Of a DNA stretch of 64,000 bases, positions 22,291 through 32,895 are shown piece by piece (within the stretch, counting starts at the first letter, position 1; the number at the start of each line of letters is the position of its first letter). The notes beneath the pieces are model-generated. The model saw only the letters and a program-made list of their open reading frames with translations, did not search any database and had not been told where the DNA came from. This DNA comes from Nitrososphaerales archaeon (GTDB lineage: Archaea; Thermoproteota; Nitrososphaeria; Nitrososphaerales; UBA213). The position numbers and the translations under genes were made by a program. Location of the stretch: positions 1-64,000 of the forward strand of contig CBDAOC010000018.1 in the NCBI GenBank assembly GCA_965197925.1, given 5' to 3'.

Positions 22291-22414
22291 TAACCAAAAC
22301 TGCATTTGCACTTTATTAAACTATCTTAAAAATGCGTTATTTTCGTTCCAGTCACGATTCTGTTCGAATACCCCTACAATCCTTAAATTCAAGTTGAGAT
22401 AGTTGGAGATCTTT

Positions 22415-23077
22415 CTATCTACCTTTACAATTGTTGCCCCACTTTTCGAAATAAATTACTTCATTCAATGGCAATCGTGGGAGCCACCCAGCTTGTTCCA
22501 AATCAGGTTTTTCTTCGAATTTTGTAACATATCCCATTGTCAAATACGCTACTGGTTCTACGTTTTCTGGCAGTTGCAGGATTTCACGTAAATCATCATT
22601 TCTTAATATACTGACCCAGCCAACACCAATTCCTTCAACTCTAGCTGCAAGCCACAAATTTTGAATCGCACAACAAACGCTGTACACACCAGTTTCTGAT
22701 ATACTTGTCCGTCCAATGACAAACGGACCAAACCTCATAGGATCGTATGTGACACATAAATTAATTGGTGAGTCAAGTATGCCTTCTAACTTTAACGCCA
22801 AATATTCTGAGCGTTTAGGGTCATTAATAAGTTTGGAGGAGATTTTACGTTCCTTATCAAATGATTTCTTCACCTTACTCCTGATATTAAAGTCCTTGAT
22901 CACTATGAAATTCCAAGGTTGAGAAAACCCTACCGAAGGGGCATGATGTGCAGCATCAAGAATTCTTAAAAGAACATCGTCTGCAATGGACTCTTGTTTG
23001 AAATGGCTCCTTACATCCCTTCTCGAATATATTGCCCTATACACTCCATCCTTTTCTTGTTGTGAGAAATTATTCAA
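22415..23077 (-). CDS. bluB: 5,6-dimethylbenzimidazole synthase
   Basis: RRDVR, AHHAPSVGFSQPW, LKLEGI, CAIQNLWLAARVEGIGVGWVS. Confidence 0.95.
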   Translation of the reverse strand: MNNFSQQEKDGVYRAIYSRRDVRSHFKQESIADDVLLRILDAAHHAPSVGFSQPWNFIVIKDFNIRSKVKKSFDKERKISSKLINDPKRSEYLALKLEGILDSPINLCVTYDPMRFGPFVIGRTSISETGVYSVCCAIQNLWLAARVEGIGVGWVSILRNDDLREILQLPENVEPVAYLTMGYVTKFEEKPDLEQAGWLPRLPLNEVIYFEKWGNNCKGR

Positions 23078-23114
23078 TACGGCCTCTTACTATGTGAAGT
23101 TTATAGCTATTAAA

Positions 23115-24383
23115 TCATACCAGTTCTTCTATATTTCCCATATAGGGTTTTAGTGCATTAGGGATTTTTACAGTGCCTTTCTCGGTTTGATAGTTTTCAA
23201 TTATAGCGACCATCGTTCTTTCTGTAGCAACCAAGGTACTGTTTAATGTATGAAGAAATTTAGATTCTTCGTTAGGTCGTTCTCTATACTTAATCCCAAG
23301 TCTCCTTGCTTGAAAGTCCAAGCAGTTGGAGCAGGACACTATTTCTCTATATGCCTTTTGACTGGGCATCCATGCTTCTATATCGTATGTTTTTGCGGAA
23401 ATCTTACCAAGGTCCGCTGTACATAATAATACTACTCGGTAGGGTATACCCAAGAGCTGTAAAAACTCTTCAGAGTTCTTAAGCATCTCTTCGTGAATTA
23501 ACCATGATTCTTCCGGCTTTGCAAATGCGAATTGCTCGCACTTCTCGAACTGATGAACCCTGAAGATACCCTTGGTGTCTCTGCCATGAGCACCAGCCTC
23601 CTTCCTGAAGCACGGGCTTACACCTACATACTTTATTGGTAGATTTTTTACGTCAAATATTTCGTTCATATGCATAGCAACTATTGCATGTTCAGATGTA
23701 CCAATCATGTAGAGATCATCGTCCTCAAGTTTGTATATTACATCTCCAAAGTCACTTGTTATTACAGCACCTTCCATGGCCTTCTTGTTGATCATATAAG
23801 GAGTTTGAAGTGGTATGTAACCCTTTTTGACCAGGAAATCCACTGCCAATAATATAAGTACATGGTTCATCTTCACGAGATCGCCTTTAAGAAAGTAAAA
23901 CCTAGCACTGGATGTCTTTGCAGCTCGATCTATATCAATTAGATTTAATGATTTTGCTATGTCTATGTGATCTTTCGGATCAAAACCAAATTTCTTGGGT
24001 TCACCCCATTTTCTGATCTCGATATTATCATTTTCATCTGAACCCTCAGGCACCGATTCATGTACTAAATTAGGCAGTGACATCATTAGTTCTTGGTAGC
24101 GTTGTTCATTATAATCAATTTCAGTATCCAACTCAACTATTCTATTTGATATTTTCTTCATCTCTTCAATAATAATAGAAACGTCGGAGCCATGTTTCTT
24201 CTCTATCGCGATCTTATCAGAAACTACATTACGCTCATGTTTCAGCTTTTGCACTTCAGTTATTAATCCTCTCCTTTTTCTATCAAAATCAAACAATTCA
24301 TCTAATGGAAATTCAATATGCCTTTTCACAAGGATTTCTCTAATGAGCTCAGGTTGTTCTCTAATGATCTTGCTATCGAGCAT
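23115..24383 (-). CDS. serS: Serine--tRNA ligase
   Basis: GTSEH, CFRKEAG, RVHQF, SAKTYDIE, HTLN. Confidence 0.97.
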   Translation of the reverse strand: MLDSKIIREQPELIREILVKRHIEFPLDELFDFDRKRRGLITEVQKLKHERNVVSDKIAIEKKHGSDVSIIIEEMKKISNRIVELDTEIDYNEQRYQELMMSLPNLVHESVPEGSDENDNIEIRKWGEPKKFGFDPKDHIDIAKSLNLIDIDRAAKTSSARFYFLKGDLVKMNHVLILLAVDFLVKKGYIPLQTPYMINKKAMEGAVITSDFGDVIYKLEDDDLYMIGTSEHAIVAMHMNEIFDVKNLPIKYVGVSPCFRKEAGAHGRDTKGIFRVHQFEKCEQFAFAKPEESWLIHEEMLKNSEEFLQLLGIPYRVVLLCTADLGKISAKTYDIEAWMPSQKAYREIVSCSNCLDFQARRLGIKYRERPNEESKFLHTLNSTLVATERTMVAIIENYQTEKGTVKIPNALKPYMGNIEELV

Positions 24384-24387
24384 AAGA

Positions 24388-24630
24388 TCACTCCAAAATC
24401 TTACTCATTATTGAAATATGTTCTAACACTTCATCTATAGTCGCAATTAAATCGTTGAAGTGTCCAGGACTTTGGAATGAGAATACAATAGCAGTTCCCT
24501 CACCAATCATTTCCATTGTTAGACCTCTTGGGAAATTAATATTGTCTGGTATTAATGCTTTCATTATTGACTTTGTTTTTTTTACATTTTTCAGATCTAT
24601 ACTTATTGCGACCTTAACTATTTGTGACAT
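24388..24630 (-). CDS. pcc1: KEOPS complex subunit Pcc1-like
   Basis: 80 aa, KALIPDN motif, conserved position after rps15-DHH. Confidence 0.75.
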   Translation of the reverse strand: MSQIVKVAISIDLKNVKKTKSIMKALIPDNINFPRGLTMEMIGEGTAIVFSFQSPGHFNDLIATIDEVLEHISIMSKILE

Positions 24631-26020
24631 TTTCTTTTAAGCAGGAAAAAAACTCTTCAACCTTATCAATCGGGACTCGTGCACCAGCAGCCGCTGCATG
24701 TCCACCGCCCGTACCTTCAAATTGTAAAGAGCATTCGCGCATAAGCAAACCCAGGTTTGCATTAGATTCACATCGTAAGCATTTTCTAGATGAAAACTTG
24801 CATGTTCCTTCATCTGCTTGAGTTCTGATGAAAAGCATCTTACCATAAAGGGAGGGCGAGCCGCTTAATAATGAAGATACTGCTCCTAACATATCTTCAG
24901 CAATTAAACCATCTCCATTAACGAGTACTATTTTTCCATCATCAATGAGACGCCATCTTTCACTAAATATGGTATTTATGTAATTTCGCAGAGTTCCCCT
25001 GTACTCCTTAATTATAGACTCTGCCTCCTTCAGCATCGATACTCTATCGCCTAAACAAATAGCCATTCCTATACCAGCTTTCCTAATCCGGCCACACGCA
25101 TTCAGTATTGTAGAAAACTCTCTTGCGTCCCGAAGCATGCTTCCCTTATCTTCTTTACAGAGTGTATAGAGGTAGCCAACGAGATCCTCTATAACATCTC
25201 CAGATTTTGTAGTGGAAACAACAAACTTTGCTATCGCCTCAAGCAGGTTTGCCTTCTCATCTTCACTAAATTCAGCCAGTACTCGCCATCTACCAACATC
25301 TTTCAATTTTAGCCCTGCCGTGCTTAACAAAGATAGGCATGTATCAGCATTCCATGTAAGACCATCTATGTAGGGAAAAGATGTATATGCAAGTGATTCA
25401 TGTAAAGGTCTAGTTTCTCTACCCACTAACATAAGGTCTAGGTCTACGGTGATCAGTCCAAGCGATTTTGCAGTTTCTGCTATTTCTAAATTCAAACCTA
25501 TCAATGACTTCTTCTCTCCCTGATCCTGTCTGTCGGCAACGGCAGCTACGACCGCAAGACATGATAAATCCCTATTTCTTCTATCAAGAGTGCTACTCAC
25601 CATGTAGGCCATACCACCAGCACATACTTCCTTTCCACCATCAATACCGTACTTCCATGCATTAAGCACTTTATCATTCTCCATCTCGCTTTCAGGCAAT
25701 TGATGATGATCTATAATTAGATATTTTTCAGAAAAAGCTTCTTCGATTTCAGATGCAAGCCCTGCTCCAAGATCGCTAATTATATAAAATTCATGTTCTT
25801 CCTCCTTCAGTCTCGCTATGACATTAGGATTCATATCAGTAACGGTTCTCACGTTGCATTTTGCATCCTTTCTGAGTAGCGTCTTTGCAATTATACTCCC
25901 AGAAGTTATACCATCAGCATCCATATGTGTAATTACGACAATCTCCCTATCAGCAGCTATTACATCAGATATTTTATCACAAACCGTATGAAGACCGTCC
26001 TGTAATCCTCTACTTGACAT
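24614..26020 (-). CDS. DHH-family phosphoesterase (RecJ-like)
   Basis: HMDADG, IIDHH, GGGHAAAAG; start taken at ATG 26020. Confidence 0.92.
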   Translation of the reverse strand: MSSRGLQDGLHTVCDKISDVIAADREIVVITHMDADGITSGSIIAKTLLRKDAKCNVRTVTDMNPNVIARLKEEEHEFYIISDLGAGLASEIEEAFSEKYLIIDHHQLPESEMENDKVLNAWKYGIDGGKEVCAGGMAYMVSSTLDRRNRDLSCLAVVAAVADRQDQGEKKSLIGLNLEIAETAKSLGLITVDLDLMLVGRETRPLHESLAYTSFPYIDGLTWNADTCLSLLSTAGLKLKDVGRWRVLAEFSEDEKANLLEAIAKFVVSTTKSGDVIEDLVGYLYTLCKEDKGSMLRDAREFSTILNACGRIRKAGIGMAICLGDRVSMLKEAESIIKEYRGTLRNYINTIFSERWRLIDDGKIVLVNGDGLIAEDMLGAVSSLLSGSPSLYGKMLFIRTQADEGTCKFSSRKCLRCESNANLGLLMRECSLQFEGTGGGHAAAAGARVPIDKVEEFFSCLKENVTNS

Positions 26021-26024
26021 ATCA

Positions 26025-26471
26025 TCACTCGAGCTTGGCAATCACTGCGGAATACTTCCATTTCTTAGGTATTCTACTCAGCCTCTTATAGTATTTCTGG
26101 AGACGGTGAATTTTTGCCTCTACCAATTCAAGTGAGCGTATATTGATCCTATCTCCAGGATGACCGCTAAGATGTTTCTGTAAAGCAAGCGCTTTCTTTA
26201 TCAAATTATCAAGTTCTTCAGGCAGTTCACCGGCCAAATTATTGTCACGTAAAACTTTCAGTATTGATTTACCAATAAGTGGTTTCACTAAAGGAATACC
26301 ATGCTCGTCCCGTAGTCTAGTCCCTATCTGACTAGGACCTTGACCTTCCTTGGCCATCTCTACGATTAGGGACACTATTTCATCTTCACTCTGTTTGACC
26401 CACGTAGCAGAACTCTTCTGTGGCCTGGTTGAATGAGATTTTCCTCTTCTATGAGAATGCATTTTAGCCAT
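26025..26471 (-). CDS. rps15: 30S ribosomal protein S15 (uS15)
   Basis: MAKMHSHRRGKSHSTRP, PSQIG..LRDEHGIP, EAKIHRL.KYY. Confidence 0.96.
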   Translation of the reverse strand: MAKMHSHRRGKSHSTRPQKSSATWVKQSEDEIVSLIVEMAKEGQGPSQIGTRLRDEHGIPLVKPLIGKSILKVLRDNNLAGELPEELDNLIKKALALQKHLSGHPGDRINIRSLELVEAKIHRLQKYYKRLSRIPKKWKYSAVIAKLE

Positions 26472-27599
26472 GATAAACACCTACATTTGGTTCTGCTGAT
26501 AAATGTTACGAAGTGGACAAAATAATGCAAGGCGGATAAAATATACGATAGCCTTAAAATTACCAGGGGAGAGGAACGGAATCCTGATTAATTGGCTATA
26601 TAGTATGCATTGCTGGATCTGAATCCAGAAGCATCTATTCCTACGAACAATTTCCTAAACTTGGTGAGAAGTAAGAATGAAGAAATTATTCTATATAGTA
26701 TGTTGTCATCCATCCTTGCAGCAAACTTCTGAAGAGTAGTATAATATGGGACCCTAATTGTAGATACATTCTAAGATTAAATGCTCAATGGAACCATTCT
26801 ATGAGCCTTCTGTAGCTCTTCTCTTCATAATGTCTTAGCGCTAAAAGATAAAGTGTTGCCATACAGTATAGATGTGATTGCTCTTCCTGTACATGAGAGC
26901 CATTTTTGCCTTCATTAACACATTCAACATAGTTATGGCATGTTTGACGTATCTAGATCCTCATGTATAGGCATGATAGGTATCTAACAGATTGATCTCA
27001 CGGTGCAATTCTATATACAATGGGTTTGATCTATGGTTTCTAGAGCCGATATTTAATGAGTTCATACAAGGCATAAGAAATATACTCATAACTCAATCAA
27101 TTCTTTACAAGAGGGTTGTAAGAAGAAAGATATTTTCACTGAAGGATTGGGGTTTATCTTGATTATTTTGATTGATGCAATAGCAACATGACGTTGCAAT
27201 AATTCTATACACACCAAACTACGTAAGAGCATTGAAGAAGAAAGTCAATACTTGTTAGGTCACAGTTTTATTAGTAAAATACCAATTTGGGGTTCATTCT
27301 TTTAACATTTATGACTAGAAATTCATCACAATACTTGAGAAATATAAAATCAAATTTACATATATTCATATGATCATAATAGAACATTTTCAGCTATTCA
27401 GATGCTAGTTACCATGGATCAAACAACTTCTGTGCAGTGCAGGTACAATGGCACATATTTAATGAAGAGATTCTATTAAATTATATCGTCCAATTAACAA
27501 AATATCTTGAATGGTAATTAAGATCCGGTGAAGTTGAAGGAGTATTTAAGATCAGAAAGAAATAGTCCTCCTCAAACATGATATGTTGAAGTAAACACT

Positions 27600-28796
27600 A
27601 TGTCATGTTGGTCCAATTCAGGAACCAGTTTTCCGGTACTAAAGAATGATATTTCTGCTGATGTGGTAGTGATAGGTGCCGGCATAACGGGAGCGTCTGT
27701 TTCTTACTGGCTGGGCAACAAATGCAAGACTGTTTTGCTTGAAAGTGATACAGTTGCAAGCAAGGCGTCTAGCAGAAATGCTGGATTTCTACTGACTGGC
27801 ACATCTGCCTATTATAACAGAGCTATAGAGCTTTATGGTCACCGTAAGTCCAAGGCAATATGGAGTTTAAGCCGGCAAAATCATACCTTGCTCCAAAGAC
27901 ATATTTTAAGAAATAATATTGAATGTGAATACAAACGTTCTGGCAGTTATTTGGTAGCTACCACCAAGCGCGAAATGAACGACCTTATTACAAGCACTAC
28001 TTTAATGAAGCGCGATGGTTTCAATTATAATATAATAGGAGAGAAAGATATAAACGAACTACTCTCAAGCAAAAGTTTCTATGGTGCCGCATTTAATGAA
28101 CGTGATGGGGAGATAAACCCTGTCAAATTTGTAAGAGGACTTTTAAAAACAGCAGCTATTACGGGGACAAACATTTTTGAAAATTCTAAGGTATATAAGA
28201 TTGAAATGAGAAAAAATATTTTCAAGATAAAAACAAAATATGGAAAAATAAGAGCCGACTATTTAGTACTAGCAACAAATGCTTATTCTCCATTAGTATA
28301 TCCATACTTGAGAAGTTTAATATTACCTGTCAGGGGACAGATGTTAGTTACAAAGCCTTGTAAAGATTTTTTGGATGGTGTATTTTATGCGAATTATGGT
28401 TATGAGTATTGGCGGCAACTTTTAGATAAGCGTATAATCGTTGGTGGTTTTAGAGAAATTGATCCTCTTGAAGAAACAGGATACTCAATGGTCACCAGAA
28501 ACAAGATTCAGAAGAAACTTGAAGGACTATTGCATGAACTATCGATAAAATCTGCAATTACGTGTAAATGGTCAGGTATAATGGGATTTACAAAGGACCA
28601 ACTTCCAATTATTGGTTCATTGCAAAATAGAAAAAATCTTCTTATCTCGGCAGGTTATTCCGGCCACGGTTTAGCTTTCAGTTTCATCGCAGGTAAAATG
28701 CTAGGCGAAAAAATTCTTCACAACAATTTTAATAATATATTCTCGCCCGAACGATTTCACTTCGATATAAATAACAAAACATGTTTAGGAAATTGA
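27600..28796 (+). CDS. FAD-dependent oxidoreductase, DAO/PuuB-like amine oxidase family
   Basis: IGAGITG, ASSRNAG, LATNAY, PVRGQ, WSGIMGFTKDQLP, GYSGHG. Confidence 0.88.
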   Translation: MSCWSNSGTSFPVLKNDISADVVVIGAGITGASVSYWLGNKCKTVLLESDTVASKASSRNAGFLLTGTSAYYNRAIELYGHRKSKAIWSLSRQNHTLLQRHILRNNIECEYKRSGSYLVATTKREMNDLITSTTLMKRDGFNYNIIGEKDINELLSSKSFYGAAFNERDGEINPVKFVRGLLKTAAITGTNIFENSKVYKIEMRKNIFKIKTKYGKIRADYLVLATNAYSPLVYPYLRSLILPVRGQMLVTKPCKDFLDGVFYANYGYEYWRQLLDKRIIVGGFREIDPLEETGYSMVTRNKIQKKLEGLLHELSIKSAITCKWSGIMGFTKDQLPIIGSLQNRKNLLISAGYSGHGLAFSFIAGKMLGEKILHNNFNNIFSPERFHFDINNKTCLGN

Positions 28797-29019
28797 TACA
28801 TATACTAATTTAGTAATACGCTATTAAGATTGGCAAAACTAGATGACTTAAATAGCCACAAAGGAGTATTTATAGTTTGTAATAGAGAATATTTATAATA
28901 TTAGCACAAAATATCTAAAATTTAATATTAGTTCAAATTATTCAAACTAGCAAAATTCATGCATATTTGGCAATTACAAACTAAATACTTTTATTGGGTA
29001 TTTTTTTCTACAAGTAAGG

Positions 29020-30432
29020 ATGGATAAGAAGAAACTAGTAATGCTATCAATAGTAGTAATGGCGTTAGCATTTACTACAAATTCTGCTTTTGCCGTTGCA
29101 CAAACCAATGAAAACGGAAGTATAGGTTTTATTGGGACAGATCAGAATCCATATGAATGTTGGACTCCTGAAGGTGACCCATGTGAGATTGATAGTGGTG
29201 ATACTGCATGGATTTTAACATCATCAGCTTTAGTGCTTATTATGACACCGGGGGTAGCATTCTTCTATGGAGGTTTAGCCAGACAAAAGAACGCGTTATC
29301 AACTATTATGATGTGTTTCATCATTATAGGCATCATTAGTGTGCAATGGGTGTTATGGGGATATAGCGTGGCATTCGGTCCTCCTGGAGAAGGAATACAC
29401 GATTTTGTAGGGGACTTTTCATATTTAGGATTGAATGGTGTTTCCCATGAAGCACCACTTGGCAATTACGCTGATGGAGAGTGGTCTTCAATACCACATC
29501 AAACATTCATGATATTCCAGGCAATGTTCGCAATTATTACTCCTGCACTTATAGTTGGGGGATTGATCGATAGAATCAAGTTCAGTGCATTGGTAATATT
29601 CATACCTATCTGGGCATCAATTGTATATGATCCCATAGCACATTGGGTTTGGGGTGGAGGCTGGCTTGGAGACCTTGGAGCATTGGATTTTGCTGGAGGG
29701 ACAGTGGTACACATAACATCTGGATGGGCTGCATTAGCTGGTGCATTGATACTCGGTAGAAGACTTGGATATCGTAGAGTTCCTATGGAGGCACATAACA
29801 TACCGATGGTTGTGTTAGGCGCTTCATTGTTATGGTTTGGCTGGTTTGGATTCAACGCTGGTAGCGAATTAGCAGCAGATGGTGTAGCGGCTAGCGCATT
29901 CGTGGTAACCAATACGGCTGCTGGTATGGCATCAGTAACATGGATGCTTGTAAGTTGGGCCCATACAGGAAGACCAAGTTTAGTTGGAGCGGCGACTGGG
30001 GCAGTTGCTGGCCTCGTAGCAATTACTCCTGCTTCCGGTTTCGTTGGCGTGAGTGGTTCATTGATAATTGGTATTGCAGCAGGTACAATATGCTATGGAT
30101 GTATCGTGGCTAAGAACAAGGCGAAATGGGATGATGCACTTGATGTGTGGGGAGTTCACGGCATGGGAGGAACGGTTGGAGCAGTGTTGACTGGGGTACT
30201 CGCAAATGAACATATTGGCGGAACTCCAGGAGGATGGGAAGGCAATATCCAACAGGTACTCATCAATTCCGTTGCCGCAGCTGCAAGCATAATATACGCA
30301 TTTGGAATCACCTTGCTGATATTGAAAGTAATGGATGTAGTTTGGCCTGGAGGAATAAGAGTGACGCCGAAGGAAGAAGAGGTGGGCTTAGACATTGCGC
30401 AGCATGCTGAAAGGGCTTATGTATCTGAATAA
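29020..30432 (+). CDS. amt: Ammonium transporter
   Basis: DTAW, FFYGG, DFAGGTVVH, WFGWFGFN, DDALDVWGVHG; twin His present; N-terminal signal plus Cys-pair extension. Confidence 0.97.
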   Translation: MDKKKLVMLSIVVMALAFTTNSAFAVAQTNENGSIGFIGTDQNPYECWTPEGDPCEIDSGDTAWILTSSALVLIMTPGVAFFYGGLARQKNALSTIMMCFIIIGIISVQWVLWGYSVAFGPPGEGIHDFVGDFSYLGLNGVSHEAPLGNYADGEWSSIPHQTFMIFQAMFAIITPALIVGGLIDRIKFSALVIFIPIWASIVYDPIAHWVWGGGWLGDLGALDFAGGTVVHITSGWAALAGALILGRRLGYRRVPMEAHNIPMVVLGASLLWFGWFGFNAGSELAADGVAASAFVVTNTAAGMASVTWMLVSWAHTGRPSLVGAATGAVAGLVAITPASGFVGVSGSLIIGIAAGTICYGCIVAKNKAKWDDALDVWGVHGMGGTVGAVLTGVLANEHIGGTPGGWEGNIQQVLINSVAAAASIIYAFGITLLILKVMDVVWPGGIRVTPKEEEVGLDIAQHAERAYVSE

Positions 30433-30894
30433 GCCAAATTTTTATCTTTTTCTTGAAAATACTGTTAGGCATTTATAATATTTCATCTATTGAATGTAGT
30501 TTTGTTGGTTCAACAAGTCAGTAATCTTCTGTATATTTGGTTGACCAATTAACTTTAATTGGTATTTTTAATTATATTGAACAAAAAAGTGATTCTCTAA
30601 AGTCCAATTTAGGAGGATATAACTTTTCAAATAACATAGACCTCGATATCATAGTACATTGATATGTTGGATATTATGTGAGGAGATGGACCCTCAACCA
30701 CATAAGGTCTAATAGAATTTCCCGAATATGATAAGGTAGATAACCAATTATACCATCTACCATCTACCATATCGAATGTCCAATATCTAGGATATCAATT
30801 CATTAGGCATTTGTAAACATTTTATTCTACAAATTAAAGGAAATTTCTTCTATAATCACCTTTAAGATATATTACTCCCGCTTTATTCAATCAA

Positions 30895-31380
30895 TTGATG
30901 GCGCTGAATGGACAAGAAATTGGGAAAAAGATACAAGACTGGTTTGTTGAAGATGGATTTTCTATAGCGAAAGGGGATATTGCAAATACAGACTTTTCCT
31001 GGAAGATAACTTCAGCCAATATTCCTATACATATTTCTAAATTAAATAAGAAAAAAGATTTGATTCTTGTATTTGGTTTTATCAGTTTTGTGGGTGAAGA
31101 TAAGAACCGATTACTTTCTCATCCTAGAATTAATGATATCTTGTATGAATTAAAAGCAAAATTTCTTGAACACGGATTGGATTATGCTTTCAAACCAAAC
31201 CTTCAGAACTTGAATTTGATAGAAATTTATCAAGGTGTTTATTATGATGGTCTTAGTAAACATTTATTGATGCGAACTTTTGTTCATGTAAGGAATATGC
31301 TTCTCTGGACAGCAGAAAAACTTAGGCATGAGGTAGGAACTGCTACTAAATCCCAAGACTTTAGTTCCGCATATAGGTAA
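30895..31380 (+). CDS. DUF2299-like protein
   Basis: IQDWFVEDGF N-terminus and VYYDGLSKH motif. Confidence 0.65.
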   Translation: MMALNGQEIGKKIQDWFVEDGFSIAKGDIANTDFSWKITSANIPIHISKLNKKKDLILVFGFISFVGEDKNRLLSHPRINDILYELKAKFLEHGLDYAFKPNLQNLNLIEIYQGVYYDGLSKHLLMRTFVHVRNMLLWTAEKLRHEVGTATKSQDFSSAYR

Positions 31381-31602
31381 TAATCCAGTTTTTGATAATG
31401 ATGCACTTATTATATAGAATAGGTTTTAATTCTTTTTAGTTTTAGACAAAAGCAGAATTAAAACTTAGAATGAATTCTTTTTAGTTTTTAGGAACTTAGC
31501 TAAATCCCATAAATTAGTTCCGCATATATTAACTAATCCAGTTTTTGATAATGATAACTTATTATATAGAATAGGTTTTAATTGAATTCTTTTTAGTTTT
31601 AG
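31334..31602. repeat. Imperfect ~110-bp duplication of a gene 3' end and its downstream flank
   Basis: 31334-31445 versus about 31489-31602 share TTAGTTCCGCATATA, TAATCCAGTTTTTGATAATGAT, ACTTATTATATAGAATAGGTTTTAATT. Confidence 0.85.
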
Positions 31603-32111
31603 CATATAAATTATCACATATATTAAACTAACTTTTAAACTAATCACAGTCAAAGATAACTTTTACCGTGTTTTGAAAATTTCGCTACACCTCAACTTGA
31701 GAAATGACTTTTGAAATTACTAGAGGAATTTGTAAAGGTTACGGATGACTAACTTTCAATTCTTTTCATTTTTCATACGAACCTAATGGAAAATCGGTTT
31801 GCCAGATCTAGTAAATCTCTCTTGACAAGTATTAGATCCATTGACCTCTATCTACAGTAAAGAATTTTTTTGGTTATGAAGTTCCAATTCTGGAGTATGT
31901 GGATAAGACTGCAAATGCTGAAATAAATGCTGTTTTGCCCATGATCGCCCATTGAGTACAATCATCATATATTGGATAACACTTCTTCACTTTCACAACG
32001 CATGATAATTGCTCGTTCTTTATTTGGGCAGTAACATGACAATGTAATTAAAATTGGTCGATGTGCCGATCCAGTTTGCTGGGGAATAATTAGGATCCAA
32101 TCTAGAGGACA

Positions 32112-32540
32112 TTATTCCGTATTCTGCCAATAGGTGAATTTCTGAGGCCTAATCTTGATACAGAGATCGCTTAACTCTACTTTTTTATACTGAGAATATT
32201 TCGAAATCAATAGTTTGTGAACTTTACCCATTTTCTTTTTATCTTTGAACTCAACAATACTAGCCTTTCCATGAATCATCAAAAAGAAGAGCTTACCCCA
32301 TTTTTCATGGTAATAGTCAATAAGGAGGGTTGTATTGGGATTTTCTTTTATGTTTTTTATTCTTCTCAACTTTCTTGGATTCACACGCTTTTTCTTTTTA
32401 TCCAGAGGTATAAAAAACGAGTTTTTATTGAAGACAAAGACTACAGGTATTACATGGGGCCTTAATGTTTCATCCACTGTGGCCAGCCTAGCTACTCTGG
32501 CACTAATGATAAGATCCATTAAATGTTGGTTAAACTTCAA
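32112..32540 (-). CDS. PPOX-class, probably F420-dependent, oxidoreductase
   Basis: ARVARLATVD...PHVIPVVF, LRRIKNIKENP..LLIDYY..W. Confidence 0.85.
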   Translation of the reverse strand: MKFNQHLMDLIISARVARLATVDETLRPHVIPVVFVFNKNSFFIPLDKKKKRVNPRKLRRIKNIKENPNTTLLIDYYHEKWGKLFFLMIHGKASIVEFKDKKKMGKVHKLLISKYSQYKKVELSDLCIKIRPQKFTYWQNTE

Positions 32541-32895
32541 TGAATATTGTTATACAATATGACTAAAATTATTTTTTTAGACTGTCAAGCTCACAATTAA
32601 ATGATATACAAAACTAACTTTTTTCTATTCTTTGTTTATAGTAATTACAGGCCATTAATATGAAGATTCCAGACTTAAAACCTGTTTTCGGTTCAAGCAA
32701 TCTAATGGTATTTATGAATTGCCAATGTTATGTTGGGTAATAGGGAGAAAAGTTAGAACCAGAAAAAAATCTCATTCATTGAAAAATAAGGTTGTAGGTG
32801 TTGTGTAGCCACCCCAATGGCTTTCTGCCCTGACGGCGATCCTCCCTGGGTGAAAGTTTATTGCAAGGGTGATCCCCCGTAGTTGACGAGGAACT

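Noticed and set aside
22084..22293. 69-aa ORF (also 44620-44811)
   Set aside because: Antisense reading of tRNA genes
26560..27060. Possible IS remnant (ATGGTTTCTAGAGCC resembles the type D terminus)
   Set aside because: Too degraded to delimit or translate
32866..32879. A true bacterial T-box riboswitch
   Set aside because: The UGGN bulge is UGAU, and there is no Stem I or terminator; kept only as a candidate novel leader
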